Shown here: one piece after another, positions 14,560 through 26,989 of the stretch
Position numbering within the stretch: position 1 is the stretch's first letter
Layout: the number at the start of each line of letters is the position of its first letter
Source of the DNA: Auanema rhodensis
Lineage: Eukaryota; Animalia; Nematoda
Direction of reading: 5' to 3'
DNA length: 64,000 nucleotides
Assembly: GCA_964057225.1 (NCBI GenBank)
Contig: OZ059896.1
Location: 18,352,001-18,416,000, forward strand
Translations under genes and position numbers: made by a program
The notes under the pieces: generated by a model
Seen by the model: only the letters and a program-made list of their open reading frames with translations
Database searches by the model: none
Told to the model about the DNA's origin: nothing

Positions 14560-17212
14560 TTTATCATAAGCATATCAGCTATTTACTGTTATACTACAAT
14601 TCAAACCAAACTTAAGAACAGTACAGAATGGAAATAATAATAATAAGTATTACGTAAATATTAGGTTGTTGGTTTTCTAAAAAAAAATATCGATATTAAC
14701 TACATACAGGGATGAAAAATGATGAAAAAAATGCCTGAAAGTGATGTCTTTGTTGAGTTAATATTAATGATGAGTATCAATATAAATCATTGGGTCATGC
14801 TTGCAATTTTTATTTAATATATTTATGTATATATTTATAATGAACACAAATGAGCTATATATAATATAATATTCTAGGTTTTGTTCAGGCTAGGCCGGAA
14901 CATTCATAATATCATAATAATAATATTGGTTCTACAACAGTTTATACCATCCGCGACTGAAGCCCCGCCCCTTTTGCAAAAACGCGCGCAGTTGCTTGAA
15001 AATAATAATTAATATTGTGGAGAGGAGTTATGAACTGTAGTAGGTCCATAATATTTTATATAGTTGTATTCAATGGTAAATATATTTATTTATATCAATC
15101 ATAACCCTTCAAGGCTTGTAAAATTTACTGTATTAGCCATACTAAATTCATTTCATGATTAAATATTAATTATTAAACAAAACTGTTTATTATTTATTAT
15201 CATTTTATTCATCACTCAGACATAGCATATGTATATCTAAGAAAACCGATAGTCCGTAAATTTTGCTCTACACTTTCCGTTTCAATACGCAATGTTGAAT
15301 TTATTTTAACGTCTATTTCATGTTTTTCAACGAATAAAATTGTATTTTTATATAATTTATTCTAATTTTCATCGAAAAGAACACAAGAGTACTTAAAATT
15401 AAGAAACATTATTAAAAAAAATTTTTTTATAAAAATTTCAGATAAATTTTTCAATAACCAGTACTCTTGTGTTCTTTTCGATGAAAATTAGAATAAATTA
15501 TATAAAAATACAATTTTATTCGTTGAAAAACATGAAATAGACGTTAAAATAAATTCAACATTGCGTATTGAAACGGAAAGTGTAGAGCAAAATTTACGGA
15601 CTATCGGTTTTCTTAGATATACATATGCTATGTCTGAGTGATGAATAAAATGATAATAAATAATAAACAGTTTTGTTTAATAATTAATATTTAATCATGA
15701 AATGAATTTAGTATGGCTAATACAGTAAATTTTACAAGCCTTGAAGGGTTATGATTGATATAAATAAATATATTTACCATTGAATACAACTATATAAAAT
15801 ATTATGGACCTACTACAGTTCATAACTCCTCTCCACAATATTAATTATTATTTTCAAGCAACTGCGCGCGTTTTTGCAAAAGGGGCGGGGCTTCAGTCGC
15901 GGATGGTATAAACTGTTGTAGAACCAATATTATTATTATGATATTATGAATGTTCCGGCCTAGCCTGAACAAAACCTAGAATATTATATTATATATAGCT
16001 CATTTGTGTTCATTATAAATATATACATAAATATATTAAATAAAAATTGCAAGCATGACCCAATGATTTATATTGATACTCATCATTAATATTAACTCAA
16101 CAAAGACATCACTTTCAGGCATTTTTTTCATCATTTTTCATCCCTGTATGTAGTTAATATCGATATTTTTTTTTAGAAAACCAACAACCTAATATTTACG
16201 TAATACTTATTATTATTATTTCCATTCTGTACTGTTCTTAAGTTTGGTTTGAATTGTAGTATAACAGTAAATAGCTGATATGCTTATGATAAATTATTTA
16301 TTTTTATTAACTATCAATAATTGCTGCCTGGCTTCCTCAAATTCCATAAGTACTTTCATAATTCTCCAAAATAGGCTTGGCTTCAATCTAAAAAATACAG
16401 ATAACGGAAATAGTGTCTCTGGTTTCTTAAAACCTGTAATTTTCCAAAGAAGAGTATATTGAGGATTTGTAGGATGAACTTTCCTCTACGTGGTCATATA
16501 TAATCGTTCTCACGGATAAAGTCACCTTACCACCAGACATAGCATATATCTAAGAAAAACTAGGTTAAAGATGATCTTACTGTATTATCTATTCACATCA
16601 TTCGTCGTGTCATTACATATTCTTCCAAGGAAGAATTTACTCAGTTGTTCATATGAATTCAATGGCTGCCTCGACCACGTATGTATATTTAATATATTCC
16701 TTAACTGATTTTGTTATATATGCAACACGACAATATCAACTTTTCTCTGCACGGCAACAGATAGACACTACCTACACTATCCACATTTTGACGTCCCCAA
16801 TCATCTTCTGATGTAATTCGTAATTTGAGACGAGGAAAGTTACCCACTTCAGTGCGAGGTATAAGAACCTTTACACTAAACGCCTCTCCAAAGTGATAAA
16901 CATTATTCTGGAAAATACTACTAAAGTTTTAAGATATAGCACGTAGGCAACGAACTGAATTTTTGTAGCATTTCAGGGTTCGCCCTTTTTTTGGACCTAT
17001 AAAAACTAATTCTTGGTTGGTAGAATACATGTACCAATCAACAAAAATGCCATCATTTTCAGCATCGAATGCTTTTTCTGAAATAAAAGTGTTTAAATCA
17101 AGTTATTTTATCTAAAATATACCAATGGTTATATGATATGTTATATCAAGATATGTTTTATCTGAATATTCAGGGACATGGCATTTCAATTCCTTCAACA
17201 GCATTATCTATA
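13641..17212. repeat. Large inverted duplication (fold-back palindrome): arms 13641-15393 and 15460-17212, 66-bp spacer
   Basis: Arms are reverse complements (coordinates sum to 30853; identical 60-aa ORF at 14391-14573(-) and 16280-16462(+)); one mismatch noticed near the outer end. Confidence 0.97.
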
Positions 17213-17582
17213 GCGCTCTTGTTGGTGCACTGGGGGCAACCATGGTAAATACAACCATTAATCTACAAAATTTTGCATTTTTTACATTTATTACAAATTA
17301 CACACCTCATAGCCATGATTGGCAACGCTGTCATAAGCATCGAGTAGATAGCGATGGCCATCTACTCTCACTGCAAATTCACCACCACTAAGCTTATGCA
17401 TTAATGGGCGGTCCAATCCTTGTTCTAGCCATTTTATATACTTTATGGCTATTATACTCTGCTTTTGACCGGCATAATAACCAGTCTCGGGCAGAATACC
17501 CACTTGGTTCTCTTTAATGTGGTTCATTTTCAACTGTAATATACTAGTTTTGAAAATGCTTGTATTTTAAAAAACTTGCCTG
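17208..17582 (-). pseudogene. Fragment of a Maverick pPolB gene (Vsr-like endonuclease exons), remnant of an older element
   Basis: Near-identical to 36601-36975 (MNHIKENQVGILPETGY...GYEV); cut on the left by the palindrome junction and on the right by a Maverick terminus. Confidence 0.9.
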
Positions 17583-19331
17583 AGTAGAGAGCCGTGCAAA
17601 ATTTACTAACCACGCTCCCAAACAGCTGTCAAAAACATACTTTTGGGGGCGTCAGCTGCTAAAAACATACTTTTGGGGCGCGTCAGCTGTCAAAAACATA
17701 TTTTTGAGCGTCAGCTGTTAAAATCATATTTTGGGATCATGGTTCATGGATTTTCCTTTTTTAAATTCAAAAATCATGATTTAAAGCATGATTTAAATTT
17801 TTTTTTCTAAAATCAAATTTAAAAATGCTTTTTTAAATTTTATATTTATAAATTGTATTTAAATTATATTTAACCTTTATATATATAAATTATATTTAAA
17901 TTTTAAATATATTAATTTGTTTTAAAATTTTATTACTTTATTCATTTATTATATTTATTGATTATGTTTGTTTACTTATTCTGTTTACTTATTTTGTTTA
18001 TTATTTTATAATATTGTGTTGTTTTTTTTTTTACTGTTTTTATTTTTAAAGATCAATAAAATTTTTGCATGTAGATAATTTTGTTCACCGTACTTGTTAT
18101 GGGTAATTCAACGGAACACATATCGAAAGTTAATTCGATCAGAACGATATGAAATACCAAAATTTAATGGAACACATATCGAAGGTTAATTCGATCAGAA
18201 CGATATGAAATACCAAAATTTAATGGAACACATATCGAAGGTTAATTCGATCAGAACGATATGAAATACCAAAATTTAATGGAACACATATCGAAGGTTA
18301 ATTCGATCAGAACGATATGAAATACCAAAATTTAATGGAACACATATCGAAGGTTAATTCGATCAGAACGATATGAAATACCAAAATTTAATGGAACACA
18401 TATCGAAGGTTAATTCGATCAGAACGATATGAAATACCAAAATTTAATGGAACACATATCGAAGGTTAATTCGATCAGAACGATATGAAATACCAAAATT
18501 CAATGGAACACATATCGAAGGTTAATTCGATAAGAACGACATTAAATTATTAATTTTTGAAATTACAAATTGTTATTAATTATATTTATTCTAACAAGTA
18601 AAAGTTTCAAATTAAAAGAAAAGATTAGTTTTAAACTTCATTTTACTAATATAACAATACAATAACTAAATAGAGCACACATTGAAGGTGAATACAATAA
18701 GATTAACAAACAGTTGCGCTGACCTAAATGAAACGCATATCGATGGTTAATAAACAGTAATAACTGCACTGTGGGGGTTTAAATATAGTATAATCATTTT
18801 AACATTTCAAAAGTTTTAGTTTCGTAATATAATCATTAGTAAATATTCAAGAATGAAATATTTTTCACATATAAAACGTTGGCAGTCATATGTTTTGTGC
18901 TACAATATGGGTGTAAAAGTATACTATGAATAATATATGAGCTATTAAGCAAAGTTTAAAAAGCCTAAATGTTTTACAGAGATGGCTGTTGTTTATGGCA
19001 CAAACGGTAAACAATAATGTTTAAAGAGATGTGAAAACTAACTAATATGCAGATTGTTAACAGGTTCAGAGTGCGCCAACTGCTGGCAACTGTCGATGAG
19101 ATGAGTATCTGCATAAATATGCTGTGAAATCTAATTAATAAAAGAATTTCATCAGCAAACTTGATTGTAACCCGATGGGTTGTACTTTACAAAAATCTTT
19201 GTATAAAAGGTTGGCAATTTTGCTACATTTACATTTCAGCTCTGCCAACTATCCGAGGATCCGACGTTTCACCATCTTCTGCCACTCTTCGCCAATCGCC
19301 ATAGAATGCTCCTCTCTGCAAGTTTGTCTTA
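17583..19331 (+). mobile_element. Truncated Maverick/Polinton A' (terminal ~1.75 kb: TIR, repeat array, promoter region)
   Basis: Starts AGTAGAGAGCCGTGCAAAATTTAC as at 25505 and 41096; colinear with 25505-27120 until interrupted by the Maverick-B terminus. Confidence 0.9.
18111..18540 (+). repeat. Tandem array of a 56-bp unit (~8 copies) in the Maverick A' subterminal region
   Basis: Unit ATGGAACACATATCGAAGGTTAATTCGATCAGAACGATATGAAATACCAAAATTTA starts at 18167, 18223, 18279, 18335, 18391, 18447, 18503; contains inverted repeat ATCGAA-N6-TTCGAT. Confidence 0.95.
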
Positions 19332-19660
19332 AGTAGAGAGCCATGCCGAATTTACTAACTACGCCCCCAAACAGTTGCTAAAAACATACTTTTGAGGGCG
19401 TCAGCTGTCAAAATCATACTTTTGGGGGCGTCAGCTGTCAAAATCATATTTTCGGCGTCAGCTGTCAAAAATATACTTTTTCTCCCGAGGCAGGCTCTCG
19501 AGCCTGCGCATGGATCAAAATGCATGATTTTAAATCTTTTTTAAAATTATTTTTTAATGTATTATTTTAAATGATCTTTTATTATTTATATATTTGTTAA
19601 TTGTATTTGTAAATATTTTTAAACTTATTTCTTTTTAAATGTATTTTTAATATTTATATA

Positions 19661-20484
19661 CAGTCATGTGTAAAAGAAAAAGGGCAAAACTTTCGAATGG
19701 TCTCCTGAAGTAGTGAGACTACAAAAAATTAAAAACTATGAAAAATAGAAATGGTGAGCAGACCACAAATCGAAAAATGCAAAAAAAACCAAAAAATTAA
19801 GACTTTATTAATATTTTGTCGGATACCCGAAATTATCAATCACAGCTTTGAGCCTTCTATTCATCGAATTGACGAGCTTCTTCAAAATACCCGGATAAGT
19901 TTTTTTATCTGCTCCATTTAGGTATATTTAGTTGATATTCAATGAACTTTATAAAACGCTAACCTAGCATCAGTGACTAAATTTTAAACCTCACTTTTGA
20001 AGAAATCCTGACATAATAGTTGAGCATTAGAACTTTGAAAGAATATAAAAGACTGAGAAAGATTGTAAGAGAGAGAGAACCCGACATCCTGAATACTAGA
20101 AAGAGATTGAGAAAAGTAGGAAGAGATAAAGAAAACGGGAACAAAATTCGGATATACAAAGAATGTGATCATGAGAGCTTTCAAAAGAGAAGTCAAAAAA
20201 GGGTTGCAAACCCTTCGTCTTTGAGCCTGAGGACTGTCTCCCTCATCTCGTTGCTGTATCTTCTGCCTTGAACCATCTAAATTTGCATATTAAAAATGAA
20301 GCTGAATCATTTTAATTTCCAAAATAATACATTTCAAAGTTAGTTTTAAAAAATGAATTCAGCTTCATTTTTTAGCAACATAATTCCTAGCCATTATCGA
20401 TTTTTTTCAGATTCCTAAATTGTAGTCTGAGCTCCAGATTCTAATATTTTCTAAATCTTGCCCTTTTTCTTTTACACATGACTG
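19661..20484 (-). mobile_element. Internally deleted Tc1/mariner DNA transposon inserted in the Maverick-B left TIR
   Basis: 27-bp perfect TIRs CAGTCATGTGTAAAAGAAAAAGGGCAA; TA duplication (the empty site near 57740 has a single TA); minus-strand remnants MVQGRRYSNEMRETVLRLKDEG (ATG 20276) and Tc1-type C-terminus LKKLVNSMNRRLKAVIDNFGYPTKY* (stop ~19808). Confidence 0.9.
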
Positions 20485-21886
20485 TATGTTTTAAATATTA
20501 TTATTTAATTATTTCTTTTCAAATGTATTTTATATATTTTTAAAATATTATTAAAATTATCTCCTTTTAAATGTATTTTTAATATTCATACATTTGAATA
20601 AACTTTTTAATATATATTGTTTTTGTTTTAATTTATAAAATTTGAATATATATAAAAGCTAATAAATATGTTCACCGTACCTCTTATGGGTTAATTAATG
20701 GAACTCATATCGAAGGTTAATTCGATAAGATATATTTTATATATTTATTTTTTAATTTTATTTGTTTACATTGTTTATAGATTGTGTTTATTATAGTTTA
20801 TAATTATTAATTTAACTTTTAAAAAGTCTGTTGTTTATGTAGGCGAACCATTTTGTTCACCGTACCTCTTATGGGTAAATCAATGGAACACATATCGAAG
20901 GATAATTCGATAAGAACGATATGAAATACAAAAGTTAATGGAACACATATCGAAGGTTAATTCGATAAGATCGTTAAAACAGGTGCACTGACCCACACAA
21001 GAACCACATGGCAAACGTTTTGTTCATAAAAATATGATAAATAGCTGTACACCACATGTACCAAGTTGTCTAATATTTTCAAATTACATGAAAGAATAGT
21101 TTAAAGAACCTTTTTTTTTTTAATTTTATATTAGTATATTCTAATATACTAACTCAATAAAACACATATCGAAGGTTAATTCGATAGGATTCACAAACAA
21201 TTGTGTTGTTTCCAATGGAACACATATCGAAGATTAATTCGATAAGATCGTTAAAACAGGTGCGCTGACCCACACATGTACCACATGGCAAAAGTTTGTT
21301 CATAAAAATATGATAAATAGCTGTACAGCACAAGTACCCATAACGCTAAAGAATACTTACTATGCCAAGGGGTCATGGGTATATACTTTTTAGTATCAAA
21401 AATGTTAATGGAACACATATCGAATATCAATTCGATACGATTGTGGAAACAGATACGTTGACCTACAATGAACCAAATGGCAAAGCACTTGTTCATTAAA
21501 GTATAACAAATAGCTGTATAGCATATGCATCAAGATTTCTAATATTCTCAAATTACGTGGAAAGAAGAGTATATAGAAAAAGTTTTAGTGTGTATATTAC
21601 TAATATTCTAATACCCTAACTCAAAGAACACATATCGAAGATTAATTCGATAAGATTGTTGAAACAGTTGCGCTGACCACAACAATACATGCGTATTTAT
21701 TAACAGCGGATTGGCAACTGCCACTGTTGACAGCTGTAATATGATACAATGTTGAGTGTTGGCAACATTGTTACGTGACAATAAAACAACTGACTGTTCT
21801 TGCAATGAAGTGTAATATAAATGTGTAAAATGAAATATGGATAACTACCTCTCAGAGTTTGCATAATTTTATTCTAACAAGATACA

Positions 21887-23935
21887 ATGGCTGCTAACAG
21901 GTTGTGTTTTTTCCTATCTTTTTTTTTTAATTAAAACATTTATTTTCAGTTATAAGCGTGTATGTGAAGAGTTGGGGTTCGATTATGAGGAAATTTATCA
22001 ACTCAGGTAATTTAACAATATTTTTAAAATATACATCTTTGTTTTTTTTAGTAAGCGCATAAAACTTACCGAGAGTGGTGGTGTTGAGCTGTGTGACCCC
22101 GCAATAACCACTTCCAATAGTGGTCCCTCGTCATCAAGGGTTATTGAAGTTATCACCTTGGATGACAGCGATAATGAGTAAGCTATCATATAATGAAAAA
22201 GCATGAAATTTTTTTTTTCAGAGAATGGAATCCCGAGATGCCATCAACTAGTGGAGAACAATTAGGAGGCGGTTCATCCTTCAACGATATTTGTCAAATA
22301 AAGGTACGAGCTTTTAAACTTTTTTTTTTTTTTTTTCATGTTACAATTCTTTTCACTCTATATCTTTTATTTGGTTACATATCTTGAGCAATTTTGAATT
22401 CTGCCATCTATTTTTAAACAAATCATCATACATTTGGTGGCTTTTTGAAAAATAAAATAAAATCTTATCCCAAATCCATGCCATAATATCATTTATTAAA
22501 TTTTTATTCATTAAAATACACTTAAATTTAAATATTTTGATGCTCAAAAACTGACACATTTAAATATTTTGTATTTTCTAAACCATTTCACTCCATCTCT
22601 TTTATTTAATTTCATATTTTAAACAATTTTAAATTTTTACCACTACTTTATAATTTTTATTTATTAAACTTTTTAATCATTAAATTACACTTGAATTTAA
22701 ATATTTTGATGCGCAAAAACAGAAACATTTAAATATTTTGTTTTTTCTAAACCATTTCACTCCATCTATTTTAAACAATTTTATATTTCTACCACTATTT
22801 CATAATTTCATTTTTTAAATTTTTAATCATTAAAAAAAAAAAAAACATTTAAATTTCAATATTGTGATGCTCAAAAACTGAAACATGAAACAGATTTATA
22901 TTGTCTAAGCCATTTCACTTCATCTCTTTTATTTAATCACATATCTTGAACAAATTTAAATTTCTATCACTTTTTCATAATTTCGTTTATTAAATTTTTA
23001 ATCATTAAAAAACATTTAAATTTCAATATTGTGATGCTCAAAAACTGAAACATTTAAATATTTTGTATTTTCTAAACCATTTCACTTCATCTCTTTTATT
23101 TATGTATATTTTAAACAATTTTATAATTCTACTATTATTTAATTTTTATTTATTAAATTTTTAAACATTAAAAAAAAAATTGATGCTCAAAAACTGAAAC
23201 ATTTAAATATTTTGTATTTTTCTAATCGTTTTGAAACAAACTAAACATATATTTGAAAACATTTCAATTAAATAAAGAATAACGACTATAACAAACAAAG
23301 AGACATAATAATTTTAAGCAAAAGATGAAACAATTCATATATATTCTTAAAACTATTTTTATTTAAACTTTTAAAAATAAAAATAAAAAAAAGCATGTAA
23401 ACTGTTATAAATGTTGTTTATTATAGTGGTCACACCGGCGCATAAAACGCACCGGTCGTTTTACCAACGTGGTCGTTCGATCGCTCACGTTCCCACACTT
23501 GGAAAATGTTGATGAACCAATGCATGTTATCATGCCGCGGTTATTCAACGAATTCCTTGATCGTTGTCTTGCTGAAAGCGGTGTGCCTGATAAGCAAAAA
23601 GCCTTATTTTGTTTATCAATTGAGCACCCTTCCTTTGAAAAGGGCTCCATATTTATGGACTTTCGTAGAAGGGAGCATCTGGATGGCGTAGCCATTACGA
23701 ATGCCATCAGCAAGGTGCAGCAATCAAAACGAGAGGCTGTGATCAGCCAGGCAATGAATATTGAGATGTATGTGTTTGATGAAAGGCCAGCGCAGCCAAG
23801 CCTGATGCCTGGTGAAGGTAGAGTCGGGTTTTATTTTGACCCCGAACTCAAAATACCTGGAACCATTGCCAACAGTGACTCACATTGTCTGGCTAGATCA
23901 GCAGTTGTGGGAATGTGGAAAGCTGACGAGCTGGC
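21887..23935 (+). pseudogene. Maverick-B pPolB, 5' part (4 small exons, long intron, start of exon 5), interrupted by the LTR element
   Basis: Exons MAANS/YKRVCEELGFD/..VIEVITLDDSDNE/..QLGGG../WSHRRIKRTGRF.. are homologous to Maverick-A 40049-38550; reading resumes at 44180. Confidence 0.85.
22390..23230. repeat. Degenerate AT-rich tandem repeats (~170-bp period, ~5 copies) in Maverick-B pPolB intron 4
   Basis: Recurring GATGCTCAAAAACTGAAACATTTAAATATTTTG...AAACCATTTCACTTCATCTC. Confidence 0.7.
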
Positions 23936-24336
23936 TGTAATATCCTTGATTTGGATATTAATATTCCATGTTATTGACCCTTAGATTGATGTGTTGTAAA
24001 AGAAACAATAAGATTTGAGGAAGAGAGAAAGATTTATTATAAATAAAAAACATTTAAACAATAAAGAAATAAAGATAAAGATAAGTCCGCCAACTGAAGA
24101 TTCAGTTGAATGGCAAGCTTATATAGCGAATGTTATCAGCATTTTCCACGAAAGGTTATAAGTTGTCAATGACAATTATAACTATCTCGGAAAATGCTGA
24201 GGTTGCAAAATATAACTGATAACATAATACACTAAGACAAGAAACTAGAATTATAAAATATAAAATATAAAACACAGAATAAAGAAATACATAAAAATTA
24301 TAGAAAGAATAAAGTGAAGAATTATAAAGTATAACA
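23936..24336 (-). repeat. 3' LTR of Gypsy copy 1
   Basis: TGTAATATCC...AGTATAACA, near-identical to 43779-44179 and 62009-62410; lies 57 bp after the integrase stop with a weak purine-rich tract AAGAGCGGTAGCA on the minus strand. Confidence 0.95.
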
Positions 24337-24393
24337 TGCTACCGCTCTTGAAGTCCTGTGTCCTCACAGGTATGCATAAGGTTTCCAAAATTT

Positions 24394-25205
24394 TCATAAT
24401 GTTGCAGCTAGCTTTTTGATGAGATCCTTATGTACTTTTCTCATCTTTCCTTGACTCATTTCCAATTCCACATATGAGTTGTATACGCCTGTAATTTTGA
24501 ACGGTCCATTATAAGTGGGTCGCAATTTGCCGTGAACCGTCATATCCTTTAATAGTACCATTTCACCTATTTCAAATATACGTGATGCTATTCGGTTACT
24601 ATTATTCAGCCGATTTTGTTGTTCAATTGATTTTAATTGAATTTTTTCTTGGATAGAATCCCAGGTATTTTTCCGATTCTCATTTCTTTCCAATAATTCG
24701 TCATTTTCAGGAGAATTTAGATGAGGTTGTCCTGGTAATTGACGGTCCATAGGTAGTCGTGCGTCTCTTCCAAATAAAGCAATGTATGGGCTGATTCCGG
24801 TAGTTGTACTTGGGATTGTATTTAGTGCGAATGTCATTTTAGGTAATTGTGAGGCCCATTGAGAGACACGGTTTTCAGCACAAGTGGATAAACATTCCTG
24901 GATGGTTCGATGTAGTCGTTCCACTTGACCGTTTGTATTTTTGTGATATGGCAGAGAGAAGGTTTGTACAATTCCAAATTCGTTGCACATTAACTTGAAT
25001 TCTTTAGATATAAAATTTCCTCCATTGTCAGACACGATGCTCACTGGTGGTCCAAAAATGAAGACGAAATTCGTCAGGAACTTTCGGACTGTTTCTTCGG
25101 CATTCTGTGTGCGTAAAGGTATGCTCGTTATCCATTTCGAAAAAGCATCTTGAATAGAAAGAATATATTTAAATCCATTAGTGCTAGGGGAAAAAGGTCC
25201 TGTCA
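24394..25205 (-). pseudogene. Gypsy integrase C-terminal part (pol 5' portion deleted)
   Basis: VSDNGGNF...GQVERLH core and YNGPFKI (GPY/F) motif; near-identical to 62468-63279 up to a junction at CCTGTCA (~25205). Confidence 0.92.
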
Positions 25206-25504
25206 GGTGCTGGTTTTGAAAACCATGACATTAAATCAGTTAATTGTTTAGCGTCAATATTGATGTTACGGCTGTAGAGATCTTCTTTATTCGAAGGCAT
25301 CGGTATTCCAAAAATGGTTTCTCGGTTTCTGAGTGTCCAGTTATCCAACAGCTTTAATTTCATTTCATATACTTGATCTTTCACTTGTCGTTGCATAAAA
25401 TGACTATGAAAGAACAGTTTCATTCGATAATATTCTATCAGTTGAGGTTGAGAATACTGATAGCGTAGTTCACGAAGTAATTCTTTTGCTTTATATACCA
25501 CAGA
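25206..25504 (-). pseudogene. ~100-codon open segment, probably an internal piece of the LTR element env/pol region
   Basis: Open frame SVVYKAKELLRELRYQY...WFSKPAPD lies between the integrase junction and the Maverick-A TIR; no homologue elsewhere in the window. Confidence 0.45.
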
Positions 25505-26178
25505 AGTAGAGAGCCGTGCAAAATTTACTAACCACGCCCCCAAACAGCTGTCAAAAACATACTTTTGGGGGGCGTCAGCTGCTAAAAACATACTTTTGGG
25601 GGCGTCAGCTGTCAAAAACATATTTTTGAGCGTCAGCTGTTAAAATCATATTTTGGGATCATGGTTCATGGATTTTCCTTTTTTAAATATAAAAGTCATG
25701 ATTTAAAGCATGATTTTTTTTTTTTGATTTTTTTTTTTTTTAATTTTTTTTTTTTTTAAATCAAATTTAAATATGCTTTCTCAAATGTATGTATATATTT
25801 TCAATTATTTTAAAATATATTAAGTAAAAATAAAAATCTTAATTTTAAATATTTAAATTATATTTAAATTTTATATATATATATATAAATTTTATTTAAA
25901 CTTTAAATATTTAAATTATATTTAAATTTTATATATATAAATTATATTTAAACTTTAAATTTTATATATAAATTATATTTAAGTTTTAAATATATAAATT
26001 TGTTTTTAAATTTTATTTATTTCTTTATTTCTTTATTATATTTATTAATAATGTTTGTTTACTTATTTTGTTTATTATGTTATAATATTGTGTTTTTTTT
26101 ACTGTTTTTATTTTTAAAGATCAATAAAATTTTTGCATGTAGATAATTTTGTTCACCGTACTTGTTATGGGTAATTCA

Positions 26179-26330
26179 ATGGAACACATATCGAAGGTTA
26201 ATTCGATAAGAACGATATGAAATACCAAAATTCAATGGAACACATATCGAAGGTTAATTCGATAAGAACGATATGAAATACCAAAATTTAATGGAACACA
26301 TATCGAAGGTTAATTCGATAAGAACGACAT
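26179..26330 (+). repeat. Three copies of the 56-bp palindromic unit in the Maverick-A left TIR (mirrored at ~40445-40595)
   Basis: ATGGAACACATATCGAAGGTTAATTCGATAAGAACG repeated with 56-bp period. Confidence 0.9.
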
Positions 26331-26989
26331 TAAATTATTAATTTTTGAAATTACAAATTGTTATTAATTATATTTATTCTAACAAGTAAAAGTTTCAAAT
26401 TAAAAGAAAATACTAGTTTTAAACTTTATTTTACTAATATAACAATACAATAACTAAATAGAGCACACATTGAAGGTAAATACAATAAGATTAAGAAACA
26501 GTTGCGCTGACCTCAACGCCACGCATATCGATGGTTAATAAACAGTAATAACTGCACTGTGCGGGTTTAAATATAGTATAATCATTTTAACATTTCAAAA
26601 GTTTTAGTTTCGTAATATAATCATTATTAAATATTCAAGAATGAAATATTTTTACATATAAAACGTTGGCAGTCATATGTTTTGTGCTACAATATGGGTG
26701 TAAAAGTATACTATGAATAATATATGAGATATTAAGCAAAGTTTAAAAAGCCTAAATGTTTTACAGAGATGGCTGTTGTTTATGGCACAAACGGTAAACA
26801 ATAATGTTTAAAGAGATGTAAAAACTAATTAATATGCAGATTGTTTACAGGTTCAGAGTGCGCCAACTGCTGGCAACTGTCGACGAGATGAGTATATCTG
26901 CATAAATATGCTGTAAAATCTAATTAATAAAAGAATTTCATCAGCAAACTTGATTGTAACACAATGGGTTGTACTTTACAAAAATCTTT

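Noticed and set aside
14391-16462. Duplicated 60-aa ORF MLMINYLF...
   Set aside because: Antisense to the last mks-1 exons; duplicated only because of the palindrome
15394-17212. Telomere addition or programmed DNA elimination breakpoint
   Set aside because: No TTAGGC arrays or recognisable elimination motif seen; cannot be supported from this sequence alone
18111-21680. CRISPR-like array (palindromic repeats with spacers)
   Set aside because: In 18111-18540 the spacers are identical (plain tandem repeat); in 20690-21680 spacing is irregular and spacers resemble each other; no cas genes; eukaryotic Maverick context
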